Part shown: positions 38,677 to 52,400 of the stretch, in pieces
Layout of the letters: each line of letters opens with the position of its first letter
Numbering within the stretch: the first letter of the stretch is position 1
Source: Basidiobolus meristosporus CBS 931.73
Lineage: Eukaryota > Fungi > Basidiobolomycota
Direction of reading: 5' to 3'
Assembly: GCA_002104905.1 (NCBI GenBank)
Contig: MCFE01000370.1
Location: 21,186 to 85,185 of the forward strand
Length of the DNA stretch: 64,000 bases
The notes under the pieces: generated by a model
What the model was told of the DNA's origin: nothing
Databases searched by the model: none
Seen by the model: only the letters and a program-made list of their open reading frames with translations
Position numbers and translations under genes: made by a program

Positions 38677-38968
38677 CCCGAACTATCTGGGGGTTGTGAA
38701 TTTCCTAATAGTGTTCTTCTTGATAAAGTGAGGGATTCCAAAACGGAAACGCCAGTCGCTTTGGGTATAGAAGCAATTAAGGTTGGCTGGTTGTATGCGC
38801 AGTCGAAACATATACTCGATAAGCGTTGAATCATATGCTCGATATTTTAATTACTGAATTAATGGACATTGAGAGCAGATCGAAAATGATAGGATTCGAA
38901 CTACACTGAGGGTGGTTTAATACTTGATAAAAATTTCGACGCTTCTGCGATACTTTCTCTACGAAAAT

Positions 38969-39874
38969 ATGGCAACAAACTTGTGGAGTGATTCAAAGGC
39001 AAGAAACAAAGTCCTAACAAATGCCGCTTTGACAGGTACGGCAACACCAATCTAATGACCGCAGCCGGCGTGGACAGTTCATGCTGCAATGACAGCGACA
39101 TACTCACGAAACGTTTTCATTTACCTTGCTTGTAGCCGTGGGTGGATCTTTGTTAGGAGCAACAGCTGCTATTATAACTAGAAAGCCAGTGAAGTCCTGG
39201 GCTTTCAATACTGGTGCGAATTTTGGAATCTTTGGATTGACGTTCTTTTGTGAGTTCGTTTGCTTTGCCTATGCTCGAAACGCTTCAACCACTTAACTGA
39301 GCCTCGAAATAGCCCTGCGCCATTCTCTAATGACCATTCAACGAGAGAAAAATGTCCCATTAGATCTGAAAGATGGTGTGACTCGTGACGTCGATGAATT
39401 ATATAGTAGTATATTGGCTGGTGCAGCAGCTGGTGGAGTGTTTGCCGCCATGACACGTAAGTGAAGTAGGGACCTCCACCTATACATCCGCATCCTAACT
39501 GGGTTCTTACAGGTGGACAAAGCGCCATGCTCTCGGGGGCAACCACGTTTGGTCTGCTCTGTGGGGTTGGGCAATTTGCATATACAAAAGTCTATCGTTA
39601 CCGTCAACAACTCATCCTCGAGGCACGCAACACAGCGCCTATAGACGTAGAAGCTGAACAAACCGTCGTTGAAAACAAGCCTATTATGGAGCGGGTCATT
39701 GATTATCTCACTGAGGTCGAATGGTCCCCTCTCAAGAAACTCTCAAACGATGAATATCGTGAGATCTTGAAGGAAAAGCTTGTCGTTCTTGACACAGAGC
39801 TTGCCGACTTGGATCGAATGATTGCCGAGTCTGAAGCCAAGTCCCGAGAAATCTTGGGCCAGAATGCTGCTTAA
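38969..39874 (+). CDS. Small conserved fungal membrane protein, probably Tim17/22/23-like superfamily, multi-exon
   Basis: ATG 38969 MATNLWSD…; Gly-rich TMs (VGGSLLGATAAI; LSGATTFGLLCGVGQFAY); C-terminal WSPLKKLSNDEYREIL plus a coiled coil. Confidence 0.6.
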
Positions 39875-40119
39875 TCTTGTCCCCTCTTGTCACCTCCATC
39901 ACTGTCTCAATCATGTATCACTTCATTCCATTTGAAACAATAAAACATAGCCTCACAGGGCCTCGAAATGTTGCAATTCCCCCGGATAACATTGGCTACA
40001 GTGTGGCCCTTCGCAGGAAAATTTAGTATGGCTGAGATGAGCCTTTTGGGATGGACGGGATTGTGTGCAAATTTCTCTTCGAGGTAAATTAAGCACAATC
40101 GATTTCCCCTGCCACTCTC

Positions 40120-41421
40120 ATGTTTCATTTGGCCTGTAGAAATGTGGTGAAAGCGAACTGGAGGGGCGCCCAAACCCTACAATTAGCGCGGAACTTCTCG
40201 GGAGCCTCCATAAACCTTGGGAAGCGGAGTCTTCCAAGAGAGGTGAAAACGAAAGGCATAACCGTGCCCAAGGATGCCTACCTCATGTCCGATAAAATCA
40301 AGAAACTCGCTAGCAATGATAAACTCGCAGACGCCATTGCTTTGGTGATGAATTCGCCCTTGAGAGCGCAGTCCACTGTCGTGTGGAACCACCTTATTGA
40401 TGAGTGTGGTAAGAAGCAAATGGTTGGGAAGGCATTCAAACTTTTCCAAGAGGTATGTACTTTGGATATTGCTTACGCCCAACGCAACCCATTCACCAAG
40501 CCATACCTGGTTCCCTAGATGAAACGCCGTGGCCACGCGCCCAATGAGAAAACCTTCACCATTTTGATTAATGCTTGCGCAAACTCCGTTTCTGCCTCTC
40601 CTACAGCACTCCAAAAAGCACTGGAGCTGTATAATAAGATGGTCCAATCCGACTCTCCCCCCTCCTTGGTTCATACCAACACGCTGATCAAGGCCTGCTC
40701 CCGAGCCGGCGACATGAAAACTCTTGCTGATTCATATAACAGCCTGGATACTCGAGGACCCGGCGCCCCCGACGTTGTAACGTACAATCTAGTTATCAGT
40801 GCATTTGCACACAAAGGAGGTGATGATGGGTTCAAGTTTGCTTTCCAGGTATGGGAAGACTTCCGCAGAGACCTAAGGCAGTATGAAAAATCACAAGTCA
40901 AGCGGCAAGACGATTATGACCCATACGCTGATCTATATCAAAGCCAACGGAGACGCACCATTCCAGAGCGTAACATGCGACTTGATGTTGAGATAGTGAA
41001 CTCGATCCTCCTTGCCTGTAAGAATGCCGACTCGAAGGAGAATATCGAGCAGGCATTTACCATTCTCAGCGACGTGTACGGATTGGGCAGGGTGCGTGAG
41101 AAGTTGTCCCACTATGGACTGGGCAATGAGGCAGATGAGCTGAGCAATATAGAAAACGCCGCATACTTGAGGCCCAAGCGCAGTACAGTTGACCTCATTA
41201 TCGGGATATGCCTGAAGGCCAAGGAATTCCAACGTGGCGTTGATTATTATTCCGAGATTGTCCAGAAGTACCCGACCCTTCAGCTAGACATCCAAAATTT
41301 CTCCACCGTTTCGTTTCTCTTCCTTCGCCGCATTGCGGAAATACACGGCCACCGGGGGTCCCTTTACGACTCGCAGAGCTTCAAAGTTCGTAGAAATATA
41401 GAGAATGCGGACGGAAAATAG
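40120..41421 (+). CDS. Mitochondrial pentatricopeptide-repeat (PPR) protein, intron 40453-40518
   Basis: Presequence-like N-terminus; PPR motifs TVVWNHLIDECGK…AFKLFQE|MKRRGHAPNEKTFTILINACA and PDVVTYNLVISAF. Confidence 0.88.
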
Positions 41422-41472
41422 TGTACCATTCGAAGTATAATAAATATGTGTATTTGCTGATCTGTTTATTCT

Positions 41473-43114
41473 CTACAACAGCCTTGATTTGCGCATCAAG
41501 TACCTGCGCTTCAGTTGGTTTGTTATGCGGTCAGGCTCGACGAAGGGATCCTTCAGCAGCTTCTGATACACCGCTGAGGCCTTTGCTACGTCGGAGCAAT
41601 TGACGTATCCCTGAATCAAACTGTTGTACGTTGTTGTGTTTGGCATCAGGTTGGAAGCCTCCATTTTCTGGACAGTTTCTTCTGCCTTCTCCATTTGCCC
41701 TGCTTTGGAATAGCCATTGACCATGATGTTGTAGGAAACAACATCGGGATGGACTGCATCCTGGGCCATAAGTGCCCAGGCCTTCTCGAAGTGTTGGTTC
41801 CGCACAAGCCCTTTGAGCAAGGTGTTATATGTTATGATATTGGGGGATAGATTCCGCGCAATCATTTCTTTGTACTTGGAATCTAGCCATTCTGGGGATT
41901 CGTATTCAGCCCCGAAATTCAAAAGGGTGTTGTACGTGACCACATCTGGCTTCACCCCTTTGGCATCCATCTCCGAAATGCACTGGTGAAACTGGGCTGG
42001 GCTACCTTGTGTCCTGTGGTAATTCAGTAGTGCATTGTAGATAATCGTGCTTCCGACGTATTCCGAATCGCGCAGGGCTTTGCTCAGCTTGTCGACTAGG
42101 TCGGCCCTTTTACTTCTCAAGCAACCAGCCAGCACAGTTTCGTATGTGACCTGTGTCGGTTTTAAGCCTCGCTTGGCCATATCTTCGTAGTACGCCACTG
42201 CTTGGCTGATATCGTTTCGACTTGTGCAAAGCTGTATCAATACATTGTACGTCTTTGTGGTAGGGAGAATGCCTTTCCGTAGCATCTCGTCGAAATATCG
42301 ACGCGCTTTGCCAACCTGCCCGTTCTTACCATAGCCATCAATTAAGATTGTGTAGGTGATGGCGTTGGGCTCGATATTGATCTTTTGCATTTCATTATAC
42401 ACTTGCAGAACCTTTTCCATTCGGTGGAGCTTTGCGTAGGTATCCATCAAATTATTGTAGAGCATTAAATTGGCCGGGATTCCTCGAATCACTAACTCCT
42501 GTTGATGCAGCTGAACCTCACCAAAGGTGCCAACTTGTTTGAGAACGGAAAAGAGAATGCAGTAGGTCACTCCGTTCAGCTGGACCCCCGAGGATTTCAT
42601 ATCCTTAAAAAGTGCCAGGGCTTTGGCAGGCTGTGTTTTGCCGAGTATATGGAAAACGCTATTGTAAACCGCTGTGGTAGGAGGCACGTTCAACTTTTTC
42701 ATCTTGTCGAATAACTGAAGGACGGAGGAAAGGTCGCCCAATTTTCCGAATAGGATGATCGCTTGGTTGAAGGTTCGTTGCTTTTGAAAGCCTGCTTCTT
42801 TGAGGTAAGCGAGGATGCTGTCAAGCTTGCTAGGGTCTACCTGGTCGAGGTTTCGATGCAGCTGGTTGATGAAAAGTCTCGTGGTTCGCTCAGGGATGTT
42901 GTTAGGTTCATTGGGGGAAACCTGGAGAAAAGTGTCTATCGCTTTGTTGAGTTCTTCGCGCCCATTCGGCCACATTGCTAAGGTCGAAAGGAAGTAAAAC
43001 TGGCTTAGGAGTTGGTAGGCTGGTTGTCAGAAGACGTGGTGCGTACTGGAAACATTTGAAACGCAACGAAGACACTCGCAATAGACCAGGTCGATAGAAG
43101 GTTGGGGCGAGCAT
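41473..43114 (-). CDS. PPR protein with about 12 tandem P-class repeats; N-terminal exon structure uncertain
   Basis: Repeated motifs such as PNAITYTILIDGYGKNG and PDVVTYNTLL in ORF 41473-42975. The upstream presequence-like ORF (ATG 43114) is in a different frame and needs an intron with a weak donor to join. Confidence 0.85.
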
Positions 43115-43287
43115 GGATGCAGTGACTAAAATAACTAATCAAGCACAATGACAAAGGTTTCACTGATTTATCCGTCAAATTATTCCTTAGGAAAGCTGAG
43201 AAAAATGGCGAAATAAACGGTCACCGAGTCTAAGGTATATATTTATTATAAATTAAGGTACGAATTTTAGTGTCAAGGCATGGGTTG

Positions 43288-45099
43288 CTAACGTCTTTTG
43301 CCTTTCTTGCTTTTCTTGATATCCTCCCACCGTACTCCAGGTGCTAGCGCATGTCCGGTGACTTTGATGTGAGTGAATAGCTGATTGCGCGATGGATAGA
43401 CGGATTCGCAAACGTTGCAAATGAACTAAGAAACAGCCATGAGTGACCAGTAAAGGGTGCCTTGATAGAATACAACTTACATGTTCGTCAGCATCAATAT
43501 CGGCATCCTCGACTGACTTGGCGGCTTTCTTGATCTTCTCTTCCTTAGCCTGCTTTCGCTTCTCCTTCTTCAATTTTGCCCTTCCTTTGGGCTTGTCGGT
43601 GGTATCATCTATATCGTCGTTATCGTTGACAGGCGCCGGCTGCTCTGTAGGCTCTTCTTCATAGATTTCCTCACCATACATAGGTGTAGACTTGTTACGC
43701 TTGCCTTTCTTTTTCTTGCTCTTTCCTAATGTTGTGGCTTGCAGCAATTCCGACAGATCATCTTCATCGTTTTCTTCGGAAAGAACGGGTGGGACGTTAT
43801 CCTGAAGGGGAATAGGGCTTTCTGAACTGCTCACCTCTTCGTCAGAGATTATTGGAAATTGTTCAGGGTCGGTGGTTTCTCCGTCGAAGGGCACTTCCGA
43901 GTCGATGACCGAAGCAGTTCCAGATAGCAACTCTTCATCGGCGAGAAGCTCTTCTCGTAGTAACTCTACTTGTTTGATGTGCTTCTTTGACTTTTCGTGA
44001 TTGATCCACTGCTTCTCTGATTTGAAAGCTTTATTGCAAGCAGCACAGTACAGCTCATCTGGATAGATCTCTTCTGATTCGTACTCCTCGCTGTCCCTTA
44101 AATATTCACCGAAGGCTTCATCAATAGCTTCGTCGTTTACCTTGGCCCAGGCTTGCTCTTGATAGCTCTGTGCTTGCGCCATTTTTTCCGCCTTTTCTTT
44201 GGCCACTCTTTGCTTTTGCTCAAGAGCCTTGGCTTCACGCTGGGCTTGGAAAGCATCCATATACGCCTTCACTCTAGGGTCTCTCTTCTTTATGAAGGCT
44301 ACCAAATTTCGGACGGTCTCGTTGTATTCTTTTTTGGCCGCATCTCTTAGCTTTTGGTTCTCCTTCTCCATTGCTCTCTTGTATCTTCTGTTGGGAGCTT
44401 CGGAAAGACGGTGTTGATCACACCAAGCAAAGCTCTTGAAGGTGGAAAAGTTCAACCAGTAATTGTAGAATTCTCGGAGAGAACTTTCTTCTTCGTTCTC
44501 CTCATCGTAACCAGTCTTGCTATTTCCGAAAGCCATGAGGGACGCCCAATGTGGCTCCATACCACCGTCGTCTGTAAATGCCTCCTGCTCCTCCGTGGTT
44601 AACCGAGTGAAGAGATCGCGGTAGGTTGAGTAAAAACCGCCTGGCTTATCGTTGTAGCCGCTGAAGGCAGATACGCTGAAGTACGACATGAGATCTGACA
44701 AGGTAGTTCCGGCAGAAGAATCCTCAGTATTTCCGGTATGGGATTCGCCACGCAGAATAGCATCTCGATGAGAATCGTACCTATATTATGTGTACAGAGT
44801 CAACATAAAGTACCGAGAAATCATGCTGATTAAGGTATGGTACCATGCTCGCTCCTGCGGATCAGACAGTACTTCGTAAGCCGATTGAATCTCAGCAAAT
44901 ACTTTGGTGGCCTCCTCAACTCGATGGTGGTTCTTATCTGGAGAGGCAAGGCGGCTGAGTTGAGAGTTCCCCAAATGTTACTTCATAGACTCTAGTTACC
45001 TGGATGCCACTCCAACGCCTTACGACGATAGGCTTTCTTGAGATCGCTATCGTCGGCTGTTTTCTCCACCCCTAATAACTCATAATAGCAAGTACGCAT
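43288..45099 (-). CDS. JJJ1: DnaJ protein Jjj1/DNAJC21 (J domain plus two C2H2 zinc fingers)
   Basis: [11 protein letters not shown]…KALEWHP|[53 protein letters not shown]; last exon [23 protein letters not shown]. Confidence 0.93.
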
Positions 45100-45399
45100 C
45101 ACGAAACTCTCTTCAGTATATACTCTATTGAATTACGACAGACGAAGAGGAATTTCGGTGAAATACTACAGATATCAATGGCAGTATTTCTAAGTGTCGG
45201 GGGTGTTGCCAGGCAGTTAATGTAGCAGAGACCCGCAGCAAAAATCAGCATTTTTTTTGACGGTCAAAATCAAGCGATTGAACTAGATTTATTGGCCGTA
45301 CTCCGCAGAACTTCAATGAGTCGCTGCTTATAAACGCCACCACAAACCGTAGTTTCCAAGATACGAATGAAGCTTTATTGAGTGAATGATGTATGTCTG

Positions 45400-47901
45400 T
45401 TACACCTTCGCCAGAGGGTGGAATTTGGCATTCTCCAACAGAAGCGAGTCTCCCTCATTTACCGCGATGGTGCCATACTTCAGATAGTTGTGATTGTTGG
45501 ATTCTACTTGGGACAGAACATAATTGTAATTGACCATCATCCCCAGGGACTGTAGGATGCCTTTGTCTAAATGGTTGTGGGAATTGATTGTCAACCATTG
45601 AAGAGCACGAATCAAGGATTTGGCGAGTTACCTGAAGTGTCAGCCAGCCAATTGATACGATGTACGCAAGCACCATTTCGGATGTGGAAGTTGGCTACGG
45701 AGAAATGTTAGAAAAGCGTGCGTATTGTGGGTTTATTCAGGCAGACACTCACCGACTGGATCGTACGCGAGGTATCCCCTCTTTTGGCAGAGTAGGTATC
45801 TAGAAATCGATTAGCACGGATTCCATGATCGTTTATGGTAGTTAGGCTACCTTGCGCATAGACGCATGAGTGGCTCCTTGACCACTTGGACGACTTCAGG
45901 GTCCTTGAACCACGTGCTGGAGTGAATGATGTCCTAGGGTGATTTAGTACCGACAAATGAGCGCATGCTAAAACTAGGCATTAACCTTGAATATCTCGAT
46001 GGGTTCTTTGTCACCCAAGGCTGCCAACCGAGAGGCGTCCTCCGGCAAGAGGATAGACGGATCTTGGCGGGCGATTTGGTTCTCCAGCCATTTCTTGAAC
46101 TTCGGTATCGGTGACAGGGTGCAGAAGGTGTGGATCTGCGGGAACTCTTCTTTGAGAACTCCTACTACTCGTTTGATCAAGAAATTCCCCAACTCCACCC
46201 CAGACAAACCACGCTGAGAGGTGATTGAATAGAAAATCGCCGACCGAATGGTTTCCGAGGGGTTTGCATGCCCTGGGGAGGGGTCATTCAGGATTTTCTG
46301 AATGGCCAGGTGAGTATCGAGCTGGATGACCATCATGCCAAGGAGCGAGGTACTTACTTGCACGTTATCCGAGACGTCGGTAACCAATGCGACCTGAACA
46401 AACACCAACGGGTCGTTAGGCATGCTTCTATGGAAAAATCCAAAGCATCTTCTCCCACGCCCAACGCGTCTATTCATCACAAACATTTGAGCGAGCCCAT
46501 CCGCCTCAAACTAGACATAGCCACGCTACCTTTTCAAATCCGCCCAATTGCTAAACGCGTGAACTGCCTCGTATTGAGCAAGCTAGTTGAAGCGTCAATG
46601 CATAGTTTCATATGAACTCGAGAGAGGGGATTTCTGACCTTTTCCAACGTGGCTGCAGGGGAATTCCAGGTGATTCTCTCAAGTTCGAGAAAGCCCAGTA
46701 GCCAATTCTGAAGCTTTTCCTTCAGGGCATCACTCAGCGATGCGATGTTGAGATCGGACTTGTCTCGGCTCAGGATGTCCTAAGCACAGCGTTAGGAGGG
46801 GTCAAGAAGGAAAAGCTCATTGAAGCTCACCAGCATGTCACTTCTCATATCCACTAGGAACCGCATGCCGCCTGGGAGTTTGTTGACATGATCAAAGAAT
46901 CGATTGTACGGCGGGACTAATGTTTGATTCAGTATCTGCTGTGCCCTCAAAAGCGCAGTTTCTGCTCCATCCTAGCTACAAGGTTAGTGGGATGTGGACG
47001 CGAGGACATCTAGATAGAATACTTACCGCTTTGTTATTGGTCGCATTGATGTAGTGTCTGGCTGCTTTGGAAATGGCCTCCCTTGGCGGACCTAAGAAAT
47101 ATCGACATCAGAACTCACCCATATGCCATCTAGATAGTGAGTAAATACCAAATTCTTGACTCATTAGTCTTAAAAATGTCTTTTTCCCGGCCTACAAAAT
47201 AGCTTCCGTTTAGCCTGCGGTTCACACAAACACATGCGAGTTTCGAACAAAACCTTGTCTAGAGATTCGTATAATTCACAACAATTCTTGGTAACCACGG
47301 GGGGGATCAAGTCACCGTGCGCCTGGTTGAGATTGATAACCGAACGCAAATGGTCAAGAATGGACTGGTCACTATGGACCACCCGGTGCGTTTCCGATTC
47401 CCCTAGAAGGAATAACCCTATAGGATGTTAATTGGCACCATTGAAAAAAGCATGCAAGAGAAAGGATGGTAGACGAACCTGGTTCGTGGGTGTAATTTGA
47501 GATATCCTTCCAATATGTTTTGACCACGTTAGAGCGTACGGGCTCCAACAAAATCCTCTCGTGCTGAGGGATTTCGGGATTGCCGTCAGCTTTGGTGCTC
47601 TTGTCTCCGGTGGGAGGGGAATCTTCGCCTTTGCTTTGATAGGCACGTCGGACCATGTTAGCGAAATTAGGCCTTAGGTCAGTTGCGAATATGGACTGAA
47701 TGGGTCAGAAAGTATGGGTTACTGGGGTTCAAAAAAAATTGGTTTGCTTTCCATTGGCTTTGAAAGATACTTTGGCGTTGGCTTGACGAAGCGAACGGAG
47801 TACTCCTGGTCGTCTACAGGGGGAATATGTGATCAGCCAACCTTGAAGGATAGGTATGGAACATGTTTACGTAGCCAAGGTAGCGATATGTACTTTAACA
47901 T
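45400..47901 (-). CDS. MLYCD: Malonyl-CoA decarboxylase, many exons; 5' end approximate
   Basis: VQVALVTDVSDNVQ, AIFYSITSQRGLSGVELGNFLIKRVV, TLSPIPKF and NFHIRNGA…INWLAD…GMMVNYNY motifs. Confidence 0.88.
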
Positions 47902-48495
47902 GAGCTGCGTAAGGCAGAGTGTATCAAGCGAGATATGAAGACACAAAAGTGTGATATCGGCGGCGTATATATGATGAATGAAATATCTACTAGTGGAGGA
48001 CTGTGGGAATTTGTAGCAGTTGTGCTATCCAAAGAGGGTGGGAATTTCTTAATAGGTTTGCATGGAGCTTGCCGGCTGCTAAGCCAGATATTTGTAGTAT
48101 AGAGTTTTGAACTAGAATCAAAGATACTCGGTCAATGACAGGCCCAGAGCCTAAGCCTTGTGGACAGTACTGTCCCCTCTTCCTTAAATAATTTATCCAG
48201 ATTGAACGTCATCCTATAATCTAACGTACACGAATTGCATCGATCTTCCGGTGGTGATCGACTGGCAGCCCGACGAATCACGTGTTTCGGATAAATAATG
48301 AACGGCCAAGTTGGGCTATCTGTTTGAGAGTAAAGTTTTCGATTTAATTTAAACATCAAGCCACACAAAACATACTATCCCAACGTGCTTGTACAAAGAG
48401 GTCACATACTATCGAGGATGGACTTGAACAGAAATGGAAGTATCATTGTGTATAAAGATGGTGAATGTGACACTACCAGTAACATAGACCGATGT

Positions 48496-48990
48496 TTATT
48501 TCAACTCGGGCATTCGAAGGATAACTTTCTGCTCATTCTTTGAGTGCTCCACCAAAGTTTTGAAGATTGAGAGCTTGCTGATATGTTCAGGGGCCTCCTT
48601 CTTACTAGTGCACCAGTAGTAGATGTCCCAGTCTGGCTGATCCATGAAATGGTCGAATTCGCAGAGTTCCTCTTCGGTCATATTGGGAAGATACTTCTTT
48701 GAAAAGGTCGAGAGTAAAAGGTCGGTTTCCAAAATTCCTCTCTTGCGGCATTGGTAAAGAAGACGGGCCCGCTTCTGCTCCACACCCTCGTTAGTTCTCT
48801 GAATAGGGGGAAGCGTTGGATATGGTTTTTCAAACTCGTCCACAGTTCCGACTGGCCCGTTGCCTGGATTGGGGTATAGTTCCGAGCGTGCCAAAATAGA
48901 GGAAGAGAGGTTTCTGGTTGAGACGCGGCTTCTCAGCTGGGAAAGAACAGTGTATCGTGGGAGGCTGCTGAATGCTCTGAGGGAATGCAT
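48496..48990 (-). CDS. SDH5: Succinate dehydrogenase assembly factor 2 (flavinylation factor)
   Basis: KRARLLYQCRKRGILETDLLLSTF…DWDIYYWCT, with a mitochondrial presequence from ATG 48990. Confidence 0.95.
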   Translation of the reverse strand: MHSLRAFSSLPRYTVLSQLRSRVSTRNLSSSILARSELYPNPGNGPVGTVDEFEKPYPTLPPIQRTNEGVEQKRARLLYQCRKRGILETDLLLSTFSKKYLPNMTEEELCEFDHFMDQPDWDIYYWCTSKKEAPEHISKLSIFKTLVEHSKNEQKVILRMPELK

Positions 48991-49401
48991 GGCGGCGGTG
49001 GTAGTAGGGTAGACTGTTTCGTGGAGGAGGAAAATGATAAAACCCTTCAATACGCATACGAATTTATACCTCATCCATACTGATGACACCTTTTGACATA
49101 AATCAACTACTATAGGTTTAATTTAAATATTCTTCCCCACAAATCGACGAATAAAGCATGCTTTTCACCTAGCTCCTGAATCTCGTATTGAATGGCCAAG
49201 ATCGGAGACAGATATTGCGGCAACCGCGCGCATCAATGTGACCGCCCTTTTTTTTGTTCCTATATCGTCTAGTGAGTGTTCAAATAGCATATATTTCGTG
49301 ATATCTTAATCTCGTAACTTTTCCTCAGGCGACCTCAGTATCTACTCGGGAGGCCCTATATACCACAGCAGAATTCCTTTGAACAACCCTACATTCCCTT
49401 T

Positions 49402-52400
49402 ATGTCGGAGTCTACAATAGACGATACCAACCCAAATAATGAGCCGAACCTATCCAAAGTGTTGGGGATCGAGGTCCTGGATCAGGACGTCTTGGAGCGC
49501 AATGTCATCGCTGAGGTATGTTCCCAGTATAAGCATCCATTTTTTAGAATGAATACCCACCTTCGCGGTTTGTTTTGTCAAGGCCGACAAAGAAATGACA
49601 AAGAAAGAGGTTGAGAATGAGCAAAAGCGTCTAAAGAAGACCCAAGACAGGATCCTGAAGTTAAGAGAGCAAATGTCAGCTTTAGAAGACAAATTAGACA
49701 GCCAGGAGCTCACTCAACGCGTTGTTGAGTCTACGCAAAAGAAGCTGGTCAAGTTGGAAAGTCAATTGGAAACTCTGCTTCAGGACGAAAAGGATATCAT
49801 GAGTAGACTAGTCTCGAGTGAGAAGAAAATAAGCATCATGGAAAACGCCAGTTCTGCGAGCGCGCATGTTGGTGAATCGGAACGGGAGCGCCTCATACGA
49901 ACCGGCAAGATCACTCCGTTCTCAAACTTGGGCGGGCTAGAGAAGACCATAAAGAGCGTAAAACTCGAGTCAAAATCTATGCGAGACCTCAAACGGCCTG
50001 CGTTATCATTAGACGACGTAACCCTTCCAAAGAGCAAGAGAACTCATTCGCCTGGTGGACAAAGTGATGGGAACGACTCCGACTTCATCAAATCTGACTC
50101 TGAAGAGGATTACAACGACGAATCCATGCTCGACCTTTTCCCCGACGACATTGACGATGAAGGCGATCTAGAGGAGACTGACAAGCAATCCTCCAAAGGG
50201 AAAACGAAGCAAGGTCGCAATAAAGAGCAATACAGATTCAGTTTTACTGATGATGGAAACGAATCTTATTATCAAGTATTTATTTCAAAGCAGCCTTAGG
50301 AGAACAATCGAGGCTTTGATTTATTGACATCGCATTATCTAGAAACGTGTATACAATTGGGCGAAAAAACGTCGGCTATTAAGAATGGTTTACAACAAAG
50401 TGGGTAACTTTATTTGTGGGTCAGCATGCGAAACGCGACTTATACTACTGTAACTAGGAAATCGATGCCGGGGTCCACGCCGACGAATTCGATGAAGTAT
50501 TAGGCCCCAACTTTGACCCGATGAGTGAGGCTCAGATGCCACACCCTAGCATCCCAGATGCCACTTTTGATGGAGGATTTCGAGTCCCCGGTGATATCTA
50601 CTCGAATCTGTTTGATTACCAGAAAACATGTATGTTGTCTTTGAGTCTTTAGAAACATATCGATCGCATATTTTCTAAGCTCGCTTACTTAGGCAATCAA
50701 TGGCTCTGGGAATTACATTGCCAAGAAGTGGGCGGGATCATCGGTGACGAGATGGTGAGAAGGAATACTGGAACGTTGTTGATCCGGATACTGATGTAAT
50801 ATTTCTCAAGGGGCTTGGAAAAACTGTCCAAGTTATCTCATACCTGGGTGCTCTCATGTACTCTGGAATGATGGACAAGCCTGTGCTTATAGTGTGTCCC
50901 GCGACATTATTGAAACAGTGGGTCAAAGAGTTCCATCGTTGGTGGCCTCCGATGCGTGTTGCCATATTGCACTCCAGTGGTAGCGGGTTGTCCCTTCTAA
51001 GAGACAATATCCAGGGCAGCAGCGGGGTTCTTCCTCTTGATGACGAAGATGATTCGGATGATTACGCAAAACCAAAGAAAAAGGGGAAGAGTAAAGGGAA
51101 GAAGAAAAACTTCGAAGCAAAGGATCGTCCCGAAGTCGAGCACCTTGTGGAGCGCATATACTCACAGGGGCATGTCTTGGTTACCACATATGCCTGTGTG
51201 TCCAATTACCGAAGGCATCTCCTGACTCGCAAATGGGGATATGTCATACTGGACGAAGGGCATAAGATTCGGAATCCGGATGCGGAAGTAACTCTCGCGT
51301 GCAAACGACTCAAAACCCCCCATCGCATCATTCTCTCCGGGACTCCGATCCAGAACAACTTGACAGAGCTTTGGTCATTATTTGATTTTGTGTTTCCAGG
51401 CCGTCTAGGGACCCTTCCCGTGTTCCAGAGCCAATTCGCCATCCCCATCAATATAGGAGGGTTTGCGAACGCCAACAATTTCCAGGTCCAAACGGCGTAC
51501 AAATGTGCGTGCATTTTGCGTGATCTCATCAACCCTTACCTGCTGCGACGGATGAAGGTTGATGTTGCCACCGACCTGCCTAAGAAGAGTGAGCAGGTGC
51601 TTTTCTGTCGACTCACCCCGCAGCAGCGCGAGGCGTATGAGACCTTTCTTCGGTCGAATGAAATGGAGAGCATACTTTCTGGAAGAAGGCATGCACTATT
51701 TGGGATCGACATAGTTCGAAAAATATGCAATCATCCTGACCTGATAACTCTTGATTTGTTGCGGGAAAAGAATTCGAGTTACGGCCAACCGGAGAAATCA
51801 GGAAAGATGCAGGTGGTCAAAGCGCTTCTCGAGCTATGGAAGCCGCAGAATCATCGAGTCCTTCTGTTTTCGCAGACTAGACAGATGCAAGACATCCTCG
51901 AGCAGTTCATCCAATCTCTAGGCTACGAGTATCGTAGAATGGATGGGACCACTCCCATACAGTATCGTATCCCACTGGTGGAGGAGTTCAATACGCACGA
52001 GGAGATTTACGTGTTTCTGCTAACAACCAAGGTGGGTGGTCTAGGTCTCAACTTGACCAGTGCTGATCGAGTGATCATCTATGACCCCGATTGGAATCCT
52101 TCCACAGATATGCAGGCGAGAGAGCGTGCCTGGCGTCTAGGACAAAAGAAAGAGGTGACAATCTTTCGCCTGATGACATCCGGAACTATCGAGGAGAAGA
52201 TTTACCACCGCCAGATCTTCAAGCAGTTTCTCACCAACAAAATCCTGAAGGACCCGAAGCAGAAGCGCTTCTTTCAAGCCCATGACCTGCACGATTTATT
52301 CAAGTTGGGTACTGACGAGGAGGAAACCGAGACAGGAGTCATCTTCGCTGGAACAGAGATCCTGAAAAAGAATCGTCCCAAAAGTCAGGCCAAGTCAGAG

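Noticed and set aside
48132-48368. 78-aa minus-strand ORF between MLYCD and SDH5
   Set aside because: No motif, promoter signal or codon bias supports it.
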